Shown here: piece after piece, positions 16,125-23,099 of the stretch
Layout of the letters: each line of letters begins with the position of its first letter
Position numbering within the stretch: the first letter of the stretch is position 1
DNA from: Propionibacterium ruminifibrarum
GTDB taxonomy: Bacteria > Actinomycetota > Actinomycetes > Propionibacteriales > Propionibacteriaceae
DNA length: 32,000 nt
Assembly: GCF_900289195.1 (NCBI RefSeq)
Contig: NZ_OMOH01000004.1
Span: 324,456 to 356,455 of the forward strand
Direction: 5' to 3'
The notes under the pieces: model-generated
Database searches by the model: none
What the model was told of the DNA's origin: nothing
What the model saw: only the letters and a program-made list of their open reading frames with translations
Made by a program: the position numbers and the translations under genes

Positions 16125-17027
16125 TCAGGCTCCTTTCACGATCTCGGTGAAGTAGTCCTCGAGGCTCATCGAGCGGGCCTCCAGGGCACTGACGGCGATG
16201 CCGGCGGCCACGAGCCCGGCGTTGATGGCGGCGGCCTCGTCCAGGCGCTCGGTCAGGACGATCTCGTTTCCGGTGACGGTGTAGCGCCTGATGCCGAGGG
16301 ACTCCTCCAGGACGGTGACCGCCCGGGCCGGGTCGTCGACGGCGATCCGCAGGCCCCGCTCGCACCGTGCGTGCAGTTGCTCGGCACTGATCTGCTGGGC
16401 CAGTCGGCCGTGGTGGATGAAGCCGTACCAGCTGGCGAACAGGTCGAGTTCGGCGAGCAGGTGCGAGGAGACGAGGATCGTCGCGCCCTCCTCGTGGGTG
16501 CGGCGGACGAGCTCCCGGCGGATCGTGACCATCCAGGTGGGGTCGAGGCCGTTGACGGGTTCGTCGAGGATGAGCAGCTCGGGATTGCCGAGGAAGGCGG
16601 CGGCGAGACCGAGCCGCTGACGCATGCCGAGGGAGAAGGCGCGCGCGTTCTTCTTCCCGGTGTCGGCGAGGCCGACGAGGTCGAGGGCCTCGTCCACCCA
16701 GTGCCGGCCTGCCAGCCCGCGCTGGATGCGCAGGGCCTCCAGGTTCTGGCGGGCGGTGAGGTCGAGGCTGAGGGCAGGGGCGTCGATGAGGGCACCGATT
16801 CTGTGCCGCTGCTCGTTCAGTCCCGTGGCGTGGCCGAACAGTTCGATGCTGCCGCTCGTGGGCCTGGCCAGTCCCGTGAGCAGCCGGATGAGCGTCGTCT
16901 TCCCGGCCCCGTTCTGGCCGACCAGACCGTAGATCTGTCCCGGCTGCACCTCGATCGACACCTCGTCGAGGGCTCTGAGTCGCCCATACGCCTTGGTGAG
17001 GCCCTGTGTGCGGATGATGGTCTCCAT
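16125..17027 (-). CDS. ABC transporter ATP-binding protein (BcrA/CcmA-like, with C-terminal extension)
   Basis: ORF 16125..17084 trimmed to the ATG at 17027 (METIIRTQGLTKAYG...). Walker A is GQNGAGKTT, the signature is FSLGMRQRLGLA and Walker B is LLILDEP. Confidence 0.9.
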   Translation of the reverse strand: METIIRTQGLTKAYGRLRALDEVSIEVQPGQIYGLVGQNGAGKTTLIRLLTGLARPTSGSIELFGHATGLNEQRHRIGALIDAPALSLDLTARQNLEALRIQRGLAGRHWVDEALDLVGLADTGKKNARAFSLGMRQRLGLAAAFLGNPELLILDEPVNGLDPTWMVTIRRELVRRTHEEGATILVSSHLLAELDLFASWYGFIHHGRLAQQISAEQLHARCERGLRIAVDDPARAVTVLEESLGIRRYTVTGNEIVLTERLDEAAAINAGLVAAGIAVSALEARSMSLEDYFTEIVKGA

Positions 17028-17092
17028 CGCCCACTCCTGTCCCGGGGACGCGCCCCGCTGTCTGACTGATGGGACGATCCTCATGGGCGGAT

Positions 17093-17134
17093 CTCAAGAA
17101 AATGTGAAGAGACGGGTCAAGAATTCCTCAAGAA
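17093..17134 (-). promoter_or_regulatory. Four direct repeats at 11-12-nt spacing, a candidate OmpR-family response-regulator binding array
   Basis: The minus strand reads TTCTTGAG (17134-17127), TTCTTGAC (17123-17116), CTCTTCAC (17111-17104) and TTCTTGAG (17100-17093). The repeats sit in the lower-GC 116-nt gap between the RR stop and the ABC ATPase start. Confidence 0.5.
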
Positions 17135-17143
17135 ACGACGAGT

Positions 17144-17830
17144 TCAGGCCGGGCGCAGCGTGTAGCCGATGCCCCAGACGGTGCGAATCGGGTCGTCTCC
17201 GCTGGCCTCGCGGATCTTGCGACGCAGATTCGACATGTGCGTGTTGACGGTGCGCTCGTCGTATCCGGCCTCGGCTCCCCACACCTCGGCGTAGAGCTGG
17301 GGTTTGGACAGGACCAGGCGCGGGGCACGGATGAGTGCGGTGAGCAGGCCGAACTCGGTGCTCGTGAGGGCGAGTTCGTGGCCGCCGGCGGTGGCCCGCC
17401 GCTCGGTTTCGTCGAGCAGCAGGCCGGCGGCCTCGTGGACGACCCCGACCGTCCCCGCGCTGCCGGCGCGGCGCAGCGCAGCCTCGGCTCGGGCGACGAC
17501 CTCGTCGACGTCGAAGGGCTTGGTGACGTAGTCGTCGGCGCCCATGTGCAGCAGGTCGATCTTGGTCCGGGTGGTCTCGCGGGCGGAGACGACGATGACG
17601 GGCACCTGTGACTCGGCGCGGATCGCGGCGAGGACCTCGTCTCCGCTCTTGAAGGGCAGCATGAGGTCGAGGAGCACCAGGTCGGGGTGCTCGGCGTGGG
17701 CCATACGGATGCCGTCGGGCCCGGTGCGTGCCGCGACGACGCGCCAGCCCTGCTCGGCGAAAATGTCGCCGAGCAGCCGGCCGGCCTGTTTGTCGTCCTC
17801 GACGATCAACACCACGGGTTCGGAGTCCAC
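17144..17830 (-). CDS. OmpR/PhoB-family response regulator
   Basis: ORF 17144..18013 trimmed to the GTG at 17830 (VDSEPVVLIVEDD...). This gives about 228 aa, typical for the family. The receiver domain shows LVLLDLMLP and DDYVTKPF. The winged helix shows LTSTEFGLLTAL and IRTVWGIGYTLR. Confidence 0.88.
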   Translation of the reverse strand: MDSEPVVLIVEDDKQAGRLLGDIFAEQGWRVVAARTGPDGIRMAHAEHPDLVLLDLMLPFKSGDEVLAAIRAESQVPVIVVSARETTRTKIDLLHMGADDYVTKPFDVDEVVARAEAALRRAGSAGTVGVVHEAAGLLLDETERRATAGGHELALTSTEFGLLTALIRAPRLVLSKPQLYAEVWGAEAGYDERTVNTHMSNLRRKIREASGDDPIRTVWGIGYTLRPA

Positions 17831-17842
17831 GGCGCCATTGTG

Positions 17843-17860
17843 CCAGCGGCAGACCGCTGG
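17843..17860. terminator. Short hairpin between the copA stop and the response-regulator start
   Basis: CCAGCGG (17843-17849) pairs with CCGCTGG (17854-17860) across a 4-nt loop. There is no T-tract, so this is weak. Confidence 0.3.
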
Positions 17861-17886
17861 GGCCCGGCCCGCGTCCGTCCCGAGGC

Positions 17887-20160
17887 TCAGCGCGTCGGCC
17901 GGAAGCCGCGCAGGCGCAGGCTGTTCGTCACGACGAAGACCGAGCTGAACGCCATGGCGGCACCGGCGATCATCGGGTTGAGCAGGCCTGCCGCGGCGAT
18001 CGGGATGGCGCACACGTTGTAGAAGAAGGCCCAGAACAGGTTGCCGTGGATGGTGCGCAGCGTGGCGCGCGAGAGGTCGATGGCGTCGACGGCGAGCATG
18101 AGGTCGTGGCGCATGAGCGTCAGGTCACTGGCCGCGATGGCAGCGTCGGTGCCGGTGCCCATGGCGATGCCGAGCTCGGCGGCGGCCAGGGCGGCGGCGT
18201 CGTTCACGCCGTCACCGATCATGGCGACCCGGTGGCCCTTCTCGCGCAGGTCGGTGATGACGGACAGCTTCTGCTCGGGCAGCACCTGGGCGTGCACCTC
18301 ATCGATGCCCACCTGGGAGGCCACGTGGCCGGCCGCCCGCTCGTTGTCGCCGGTCAGCATGACCGTGCGCAGGCCCAGCGCGTGGAGGCGCTCGACGGCT
18401 CGCGCCGAGTTGTCGGCGACCTCGTCGGAGACGGCGATGACCCCGCGGACGGCGCCCGACCAGGCGACGAAGACGACCGTCGCCCCCTGAGCTGAGGCGG
18501 TGTCGGCGGCCTCGGTGAGCGGGCCGGGGATCGGCAGGGCCTGCTCCTCCATGAGGGCCGTGTTGCCCGCGAAGGCCGTCCTGCCCTCGAGATCGGCCTG
18601 TACGCCGCGGCCCGGGATGATGCGGAAGCCGTCGGCCGGTGGCACGGCTCCCTGCTCCGCGGCCCTGGCGACGATGGCCTCGGCGATCGGGTGCTCCGAG
18701 CCGGCCTCGAGCGCCGCGGCGTTGGCGAGGACGGTGGCGTCGTCCTCGCCGTCGGCCGGCACGACCCGCTGAACGCTCATCTCGCCCCTGGTGAGGGTGC
18801 CGGTCTTGTCCATGACGACCGTGTCGATGGTCCGCGCCTGTTCCAGGGCCTCGGGGCCGCGGATGACGACACCGAGCTGGGCGCCGCGCCCGGTGCCTGC
18901 GAGCAGGGCGGTCGGGGTGGCCAGGCCGAGGGCGCAGGGACAGCTGATGATGAGCACCGAGACGCCCGCGGTGATGGCGAAACTGGCGCCTGCGCCTGCG
19001 ATGAGCCAGCCGAGCAGGGTGACGAGGGCGATACCGATGACGACCGGCACGAACACGGAGGCGATCCGGTCGGCCAGGCGTTGGGCATTGGACTTGCCGG
19101 TCTGGGCCTGTTCGACGAGGTGGGCGATCTGGGCCAGCTGGGTGTCGGCGCCCACGGCCGTGGCCCGCACGACGATGCGGCCCGTGGTGTTGAGCGTGGC
19201 GCCGACGACCCGGTCGCCCGGGCCGACCTCGACGGGAACGGACTCGCCCGTGATGACGTGGGCGTCGATGGCCGAATTGCCCTCGACGACCTCGCCGTCC
19301 GAGGCGACCTTCTCGCCGGGGCGGACGACGAAACGCCGGCCCACCGTGAGGGTCTCGATCGGCTTGGTGGTCTCGGTCCCGTCGTCGTCGAGGACGTGGA
19401 CGAGTTTGGCCCCCATCTTGAGCAGCTCACGCAGGGCCGAGCCGGCCTCGGACTTGGAACGGGCCTCGATCCAACGGCCCAGGAGGATGAAGGTGATGGT
19501 GCCGCAGGCCGCCTCGAAGTAGACGGCGTCGAGGTTGTCGGCGCGCATCAGGTGAAGGCTGAAGGGGTGCTTCATGCCGATCATTCCGGCATTGCCGAAG
19601 AGCAGGCAGTAGGCACTCCAGAAGTAGGCGGCCAGCGTGCCGACGGAGATGAGCGTGTCCATCGTGAAGGCGCCGTGCCTGAGGTTGACCCACGCGGAGT
19701 GGTGGAAGCTCCAGCCTCCCCAGAACAGTACGGGGGTGGTGAGCACGAGACTCGCCCACTGCCACCCGGGGAACTGCAGGGGGGTGATCATCGACACGAG
19801 GATGACCGGCACGGCGATGCAGGCCGAGAAGACGAGGCGGCGCCTGATCCGGTCCGCGTGCTCGCGGGCCCTGGCCTCGGTGTCCTCGGCGGGATCGGGC
19901 AGGCTGGCGTCGTAGCCGGCGGCGCGGACCACCTCGATGAGTGACTCCGTGCTGGTGCCGTAGGGGGCCAGCACGTGCGCCTTGTTCGTCGCATAGTTCA
20001 CCGCGGCCTGGACGCCGTCGACCTTGTTGAGTTTCTTCTGGATGCGCGCGGCGCAGGAGGCGCAGGTCATGCCCTGCACGTCGAGGTCGATGCTCGAGAA
20101 CTCCGGCGACGCGGTCCTGCCGGCGCCCGAGTCGGGCTCGGTTCTCACGGTGTCAGTCAT
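17887..20160 (-). CDS. copA: Copper-translocating P1B-type ATPase
   Basis: ORF 17887..20262 trimmed to the ATG at 20160, with GGGAGG upstream. It has the HMA motif GMTCASCAARIQ, the TM CPC motif CPCALGLATP, the phosphorylation site DKTGTLT and the hinge GDGVNDAAAL. Confidence 0.92.
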   Translation of the reverse strand: MTDTVRTEPDSGAGRTASPEFSSIDLDVQGMTCASCAARIQKKLNKVDGVQAAVNYATNKAHVLAPYGTSTESLIEVVRAAGYDASLPDPAEDTEARAREHADRIRRRLVFSACIAVPVILVSMITPLQFPGWQWASLVLTTPVLFWGGWSFHHSAWVNLRHGAFTMDTLISVGTLAAYFWSAYCLLFGNAGMIGMKHPFSLHLMRADNLDAVYFEAACGTITFILLGRWIEARSKSEAGSALRELLKMGAKLVHVLDDDGTETTKPIETLTVGRRFVVRPGEKVASDGEVVEGNSAIDAHVITGESVPVEVGPGDRVVGATLNTTGRIVVRATAVGADTQLAQIAHLVEQAQTGKSNAQRLADRIASVFVPVVIGIALVTLLGWLIAGAGASFAITAGVSVLIISCPCALGLATPTALLAGTGRGAQLGVVIRGPEALEQARTIDTVVMDKTGTLTRGEMSVQRVVPADGEDDATVLANAAALEAGSEHPIAEAIVARAAEQGAVPPADGFRIIPGRGVQADLEGRTAFAGNTALMEEQALPIPGPLTEAADTASAQGATVVFVAWSGAVRGVIAVSDEVADNSARAVERLHALGLRTVMLTGDNERAAGHVASQVGIDEVHAQVLPEQKLSVITDLREKGHRVAMIGDGVNDAAALAAAELGIAMGTGTDAAIAASDLTLMRHDLMLAVDAIDLSRATLRTIHGNLFWAFFYNVCAIPIAAAGLLNPMIAGAAMAFSSVFVVTNSLRLRGFRPTR

Positions 20161-20295
20161 GTCAGTGCCTCCCGCGCCCGGATGGGGCGCTCCATCGTGT
20201 CGTGGGAATGAGACGTCGGCGGCCGGGGCACTGCGCGCCGCCGGCTGGGCCTGCCAGCGCATCGGCGATCTGCGCGGTGGGGCCCCCGCCAGGCG

Positions 20296-20508
20296 TCAGA
20301 CGGCAGTGACCTGGTAGTCGCCGGCCTCGTCGACGGCTTCGGCGATCTTCGCGAAGTCGACCGGGGCGTCGCTGGTGACGACCATGGAGCCGTCGTCGAG
20401 GGTGACCTTGACGTCGGTGACGCCATCGATGGCCGAGACCTCTTCGGTGACGTGGTTGACGCAGTGCTCGCAGGTCATGCCGGTGACGGTGTAGTGGGCT
20501 GTGGTCAT
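20296..20508 (-). CDS. copZ: Copper chaperone, heavy-metal-associated domain protein
   Basis: ORF-track entry of 70 aa. It starts MTTAHYTVTGMTCEHCVNHV, which carries the MxCxxC motif. GAGGGGGAG lies upstream. Confidence 0.9.
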   Translation of the reverse strand: MTTAHYTVTGMTCEHCVNHVTEEVSAIDGVTDVKVTLDDGSMVVTSDAPVDFAKIAEAVDEAGDYQVTAV

Positions 20509-20589
20509 GTTCTCCCCCTCATGTGTGGTGGTGTCTTCGTGCCCGGGAACGGGCGGGTGCCCGCCCTGGGGATTCGAGCAGCCGAGCGA

Positions 20590-20946
20590 TCAGGAGCGGA
20601 CGAGCCTGGCGATGGCGTCGTGGGCCTCGGCCAGTTTGATCTCGGCCTCGTCACCGCCGGCACGCGCTGCGCGGACGACGCAGGTGCTCATGTGCTCGTC
20701 GAGCAGCCCCAGGGCGACGGATTGCAGGGCCTTCGTCGTGGCCGAGATCTGGGTGAGGATGTCGATGCAGTACTTCTCGTCCTCGACCATCTTCTGCAGG
20801 CCACGCACCTGCCCCTCGATGCGGCGCAGACGTTTGAGGTAGTTGTCCTTGTTGTCGAGATAGCCGTGATGGTGTCCGCACTCCGGGTCCTGGCAGCATT
20901 CGGACGTGGTGCGGGCGTCCTCGCCGGCGATCCTCAGCTCGCTCAT
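20590..20946 (-). CDS. csoR: CsoR-family copper-sensing transcriptional repressor
   Basis: ORF 20590..20952 has a TTG start. I prefer the ATG at 20946 (MSELRIAG...). The core is YLKRLRRIEGQVRGLQKMVEDEKYCIDILTQISATTKALQSVALGLLDEHMSTC, a CsoR/RcnR fold with the C-H-C ligand pattern. It is the first gene of the csoR-copZ-copA unit. Confidence 0.88.
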   Translation of the reverse strand: MSELRIAGEDARTTSECCQDPECGHHHGYLDNKDNYLKRLRRIEGQVRGLQKMVEDEKYCIDILTQISATTKALQSVALGLLDEHMSTCVVRAARAGGDEAEIKLAEAHDAIARLVRS

Positions 20947-20959
20947 AGCCAAGAGACTA

Positions 20960-20999
20960 ATACCCCTCTAGGGTATTTTCAAATACCCTAGAGGGGTAT
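20960..20999. promoter_or_regulatory. Tandem CsoR-type operators forming a 40-bp palindrome
   Basis: ATACCCCTCTAGGGTAT (20960-20976), TTTCAA, then ATACCCTAGAGGGGTAT (20983-20999). The two 17-mers are exact reverse complements, and each is itself an ATACCC/GGGTAT pseudo-palindrome. The nearest edge lies 13 nt upstream of the csoR ATG. It abuts a TAGTCT -10-like hexamer (complement of 20954-20959). Confidence 0.7.
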
Positions 21000-21131
21000 C
21001 CGAGACGCGAATGAACCACCCTGCCCCACATGCTCAAACCGTCAATCATCGGCCACCCATAACCCCTAGTGGTTGAGCGCGAAATACCCTTAGGGGTCAC
21101 CCGGTCGTCGTCACCTCGCGGCGGTGCATCA

Positions 21132-21164
21132 TTATCCACAGCACGACACCGCGGTCGTGGATAA
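21132..21164. promoter_or_regulatory. Inverted pair of DnaA-box consensus 9-mers
   Basis: TTATCCACA at 21132-21140. The complement of 21156-21164 reads TTATCCACg, an 8/9 match. Confidence 0.5.
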
Positions 21165-21367
21165 CCATGGCGCGCGGCGGGGCCATACCTCATGCGTCCC
21201 GGAAGCTCAAATCGGGACCAGACGGCGCACTTCTCACAGAATTTCTCACAGCAAATACTTATCTTTGCTTGTCAAGTCGGTTTTCATAGAGAAAAATCTG
21301 TGAGCGCACAGAGCTGTGCACAAGTCGTCCACGCGACACGCCGCGGCCTTCCACACCTACCCGGAAA

Positions 21368-21390
21368 TTGTCCACACCCCCTGTGGACAA
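21368..21390. promoter_or_regulatory. Inverted pair of perfect actinobacterial DnaA boxes, also a 9-bp hairpin with a CCCCC loop
   Basis: TTGTCCACA (21368-21376), CCCCC, then TGTGGACAA (21382-21390). The T-rich run ctctgttttctttggtttct (21391-21410) follows. Confidence 0.55.
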
Positions 21391-21600
21391 CTCTGTTTTC
21401 TTTGGTTTCTCCCGCGTTGAACGCCCCGCGTTCGCGGCGCTAGCGTGAGGGCCCGCGAGCCGGTCTCCGGGGCCCGAACGGATGGTTCTCCATCCGGGGA
21501 GCGGCCCGGTGGTTTTGTCAGTGGCGGCCTCTAGCGTGCCGAGTGCCACTGGTGGGACCGGGCCGGTTGCAGGGAACGAAGCAATGGGAGGGGAAGGGCG

Positions 21601-22959
21601 ATGACCATCACGTCCATCATGAGCGAGGAGCCCCCTGCCGAGGCCCTCGACCGTGTTCCCCCGCAGGACATCGACGCAGAGAAATCGGTGCTGGGCGCCA
21701 TGCTGCTGTCCAAGGACGCCATCGCCGACGTCACCGAGGAGCTGCGCCCCGACGACTTCTACCGTCCCAACCACGAGGCGATCTTCAACGCCATCATCGA
21801 GCTCTACGGCCACGGCGAGCCCGCCGATGCGGTGACGGTCGCGGCCCAGCTCGAGAGGACCGGTGAGCTCGAGCGGGTGGGGGGCCGGGTCTATCTCATC
21901 GACCTCATGCAGTCGGTCTCGATCGCGGCGAACGCCGGCCACTACGCGCAGATCGTCCACGACAAGGCGACGCTGCGCCGCCTCGTCGAGGCCAGCATGA
22001 AGATCTCCCAGCTCGGCTACCAGGGCGCGGGCGATGTGCCGGACATCGTCGACGCGGCCCAGCAGGCGATCTACGAGGTGTCGGACATCAACACCTCCGA
22101 CGACTACCAGTCGTTGAAGGACCTGCTGGAACCGACCATCGATGAGATGGAGGCGATCCAGTCGCACGACGACGCCATGTCGGGTGTGCCCACCGGTTTC
22201 GCCGAGCTCGATGAACTCACCAACGGCCTGCACGCGGGCCAGATGGTCATCGTCGCGGCCAGGCCGGCGGTCGGCAAGTCCACGCTCGCCCTCGACCTGG
22301 CGCGTTCGGCCGCGGTGAAGAATGGCTTGACCACTGTCTACTTCAGCCTTGAGATGGGCAAGACCGAGCTGGTGATGCGTCTGCTGTCGGCCGAGGCGGG
22401 CGTGCCGCTCAACCACATCCGCAACGGCAAGATGAGCGAGGACGACTGGCAGCAGATCGTCCGCAAGACGGGTCACGTGCAGGAGGCGCCGCTGTTCATC
22501 GACGACTCGCCCAATCTGACGATGATGGAGATCCGCTCCAAGGCCCGGCGGCTGCGCCAGCGCAACGACCTGCGCCTGGTGATCATCGACTACCTGCAGC
22601 TGATGAGCTCGGGCCGCAAGGTCGAGAGCCGCCAGCTCGAGGTCTCCGAGTTCAGCCGCCAGATCAAGCTGCTCGCCAAGGAGCTCCAGATCCCGGTAAT
22701 CGCGCTCTGTCAGCTCAACCGCGGGCCCGAGCAGCGCAACGACAAGAAGCCCATGCTGTCCGATCTGCGCGAGTCGGGCTCGCTGGAGCAGGACGCCGAC
22801 GTCGTCATCCTCCTGCACCGTGAGGACGCCTACGACCGGGACAGCCCCCGCGCGGGTGAGGCCGACTTCATCGTCGCCAAGCACCGCAACGGGCCGACCG
22901 CCACCGTCACCACGGCCTTCCAGGGCCACTACTCGCGGTTCGTCGACATGCAGCGGTGA
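21601..22959 (+). CDS. dnaB: Replicative DNA helicase
   Basis: ORF-track entry of 452 aa. The N-terminal domain shows PPQDIDAEKSVLGAMLLSKDAI. Walker A is AARPAVGKST, and IIDYLQLM plus a RecA-like C-terminal domain follow. GGGAGGGGAAGG lies upstream. No intein-sized insertion is present. Confidence 0.93.
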   Translation: MTITSIMSEEPPAEALDRVPPQDIDAEKSVLGAMLLSKDAIADVTEELRPDDFYRPNHEAIFNAIIELYGHGEPADAVTVAAQLERTGELERVGGRVYLIDLMQSVSIAANAGHYAQIVHDKATLRRLVEASMKISQLGYQGAGDVPDIVDAAQQAIYEVSDINTSDDYQSLKDLLEPTIDEMEAIQSHDDAMSGVPTGFAELDELTNGLHAGQMVIVAARPAVGKSTLALDLARSAAVKNGLTTVYFSLEMGKTELVMRLLSAEAGVPLNHIRNGKMSEDDWQQIVRKTGHVQEAPLFIDDSPNLTMMEIRSKARRLRQRNDLRLVIIDYLQLMSSGRKVESRQLEVSEFSRQIKLLAKELQIPVIALCQLNRGPEQRNDKKPMLSDLRESGSLEQDADVVILLHREDAYDRDSPRAGEADFIVAKHRNGPTATVTTAFQGHYSRFVDMQR

Positions 22960-23059
22960 CGATCTCGCCGCCCGCGCCCGCGAGTACGCCGTCTACCTGG
23001 CCGGCGACCGGCTCGAGGCCCTCTGCGACCACGAGTGAGCATCCGGCCGATCGCCGCGC

Positions 23060-23099
23060 CTCGCCGGTCTGCGTCTCAGAGCAGGGGCAGACCGGCGAG
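23060..23099. terminator. 13-bp perfect hairpin between convergent dnaB and the arginase-fold gene
   Basis: CTCGCCGGTCTGC (23060-23072) pairs with GCAGACCGGCGAG (23087-23099) across a 14-nt loop. It overlaps the last codons and stop of the minus-strand gene. Confidence 0.5.

Noticed and set aside
21231-21314. TTCTCACAG x2 (21231-21239, 21243-21251) with the inverted CTGTGAG / CACAGAG motifs, and a lac-operator-like TCTGTGAGCGCACAGA (21297-21312), as additional DnaA boxes or a LacI-type operator.
   Set aside because: The match to TTGTCCACA is only 4/9, so these are not DnaA boxes. The palindrome arms are 6 bp and the lac-operator resemblance is probably coincidental. The repeated CTCACAG motif is real, but I cannot assign it to a regulator.
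21368-21390. The C-loop hairpin as an instance of the actinobacterial 6C sRNA.
   Set aside because: As I recall, 6C has two hairpins, each with a loop of at least six C. Here only one hairpin with a five-C loop is visible, and I found no convincing upstream stem around the C-rich stretch. The stem arms are exact DnaA-box consensus. I kept it as a generic sRNA or attenuator candidate. An Infernal scan would settle it.
20957-21443. ORFs 20957..21193 (minus strand, 78 aa) and 21192..21443 (plus strand, 83 aa) in the csoR/dnaB spacer as small genes.
   Set aside because: Neither has an RBS, and both have poor codon bias. They run through the operator palindromes, the DnaA boxes and the AT-rich island, so the region is better explained as regulatory DNA.
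21259-22929. A 556-aa minus-strand ORF covering dnaB.
   Set aside because: It is antisense to an unambiguous DnaB helicase. Its product is repetitive (L/D/R/G/V) with no motif. This is the same high-GC artefact.
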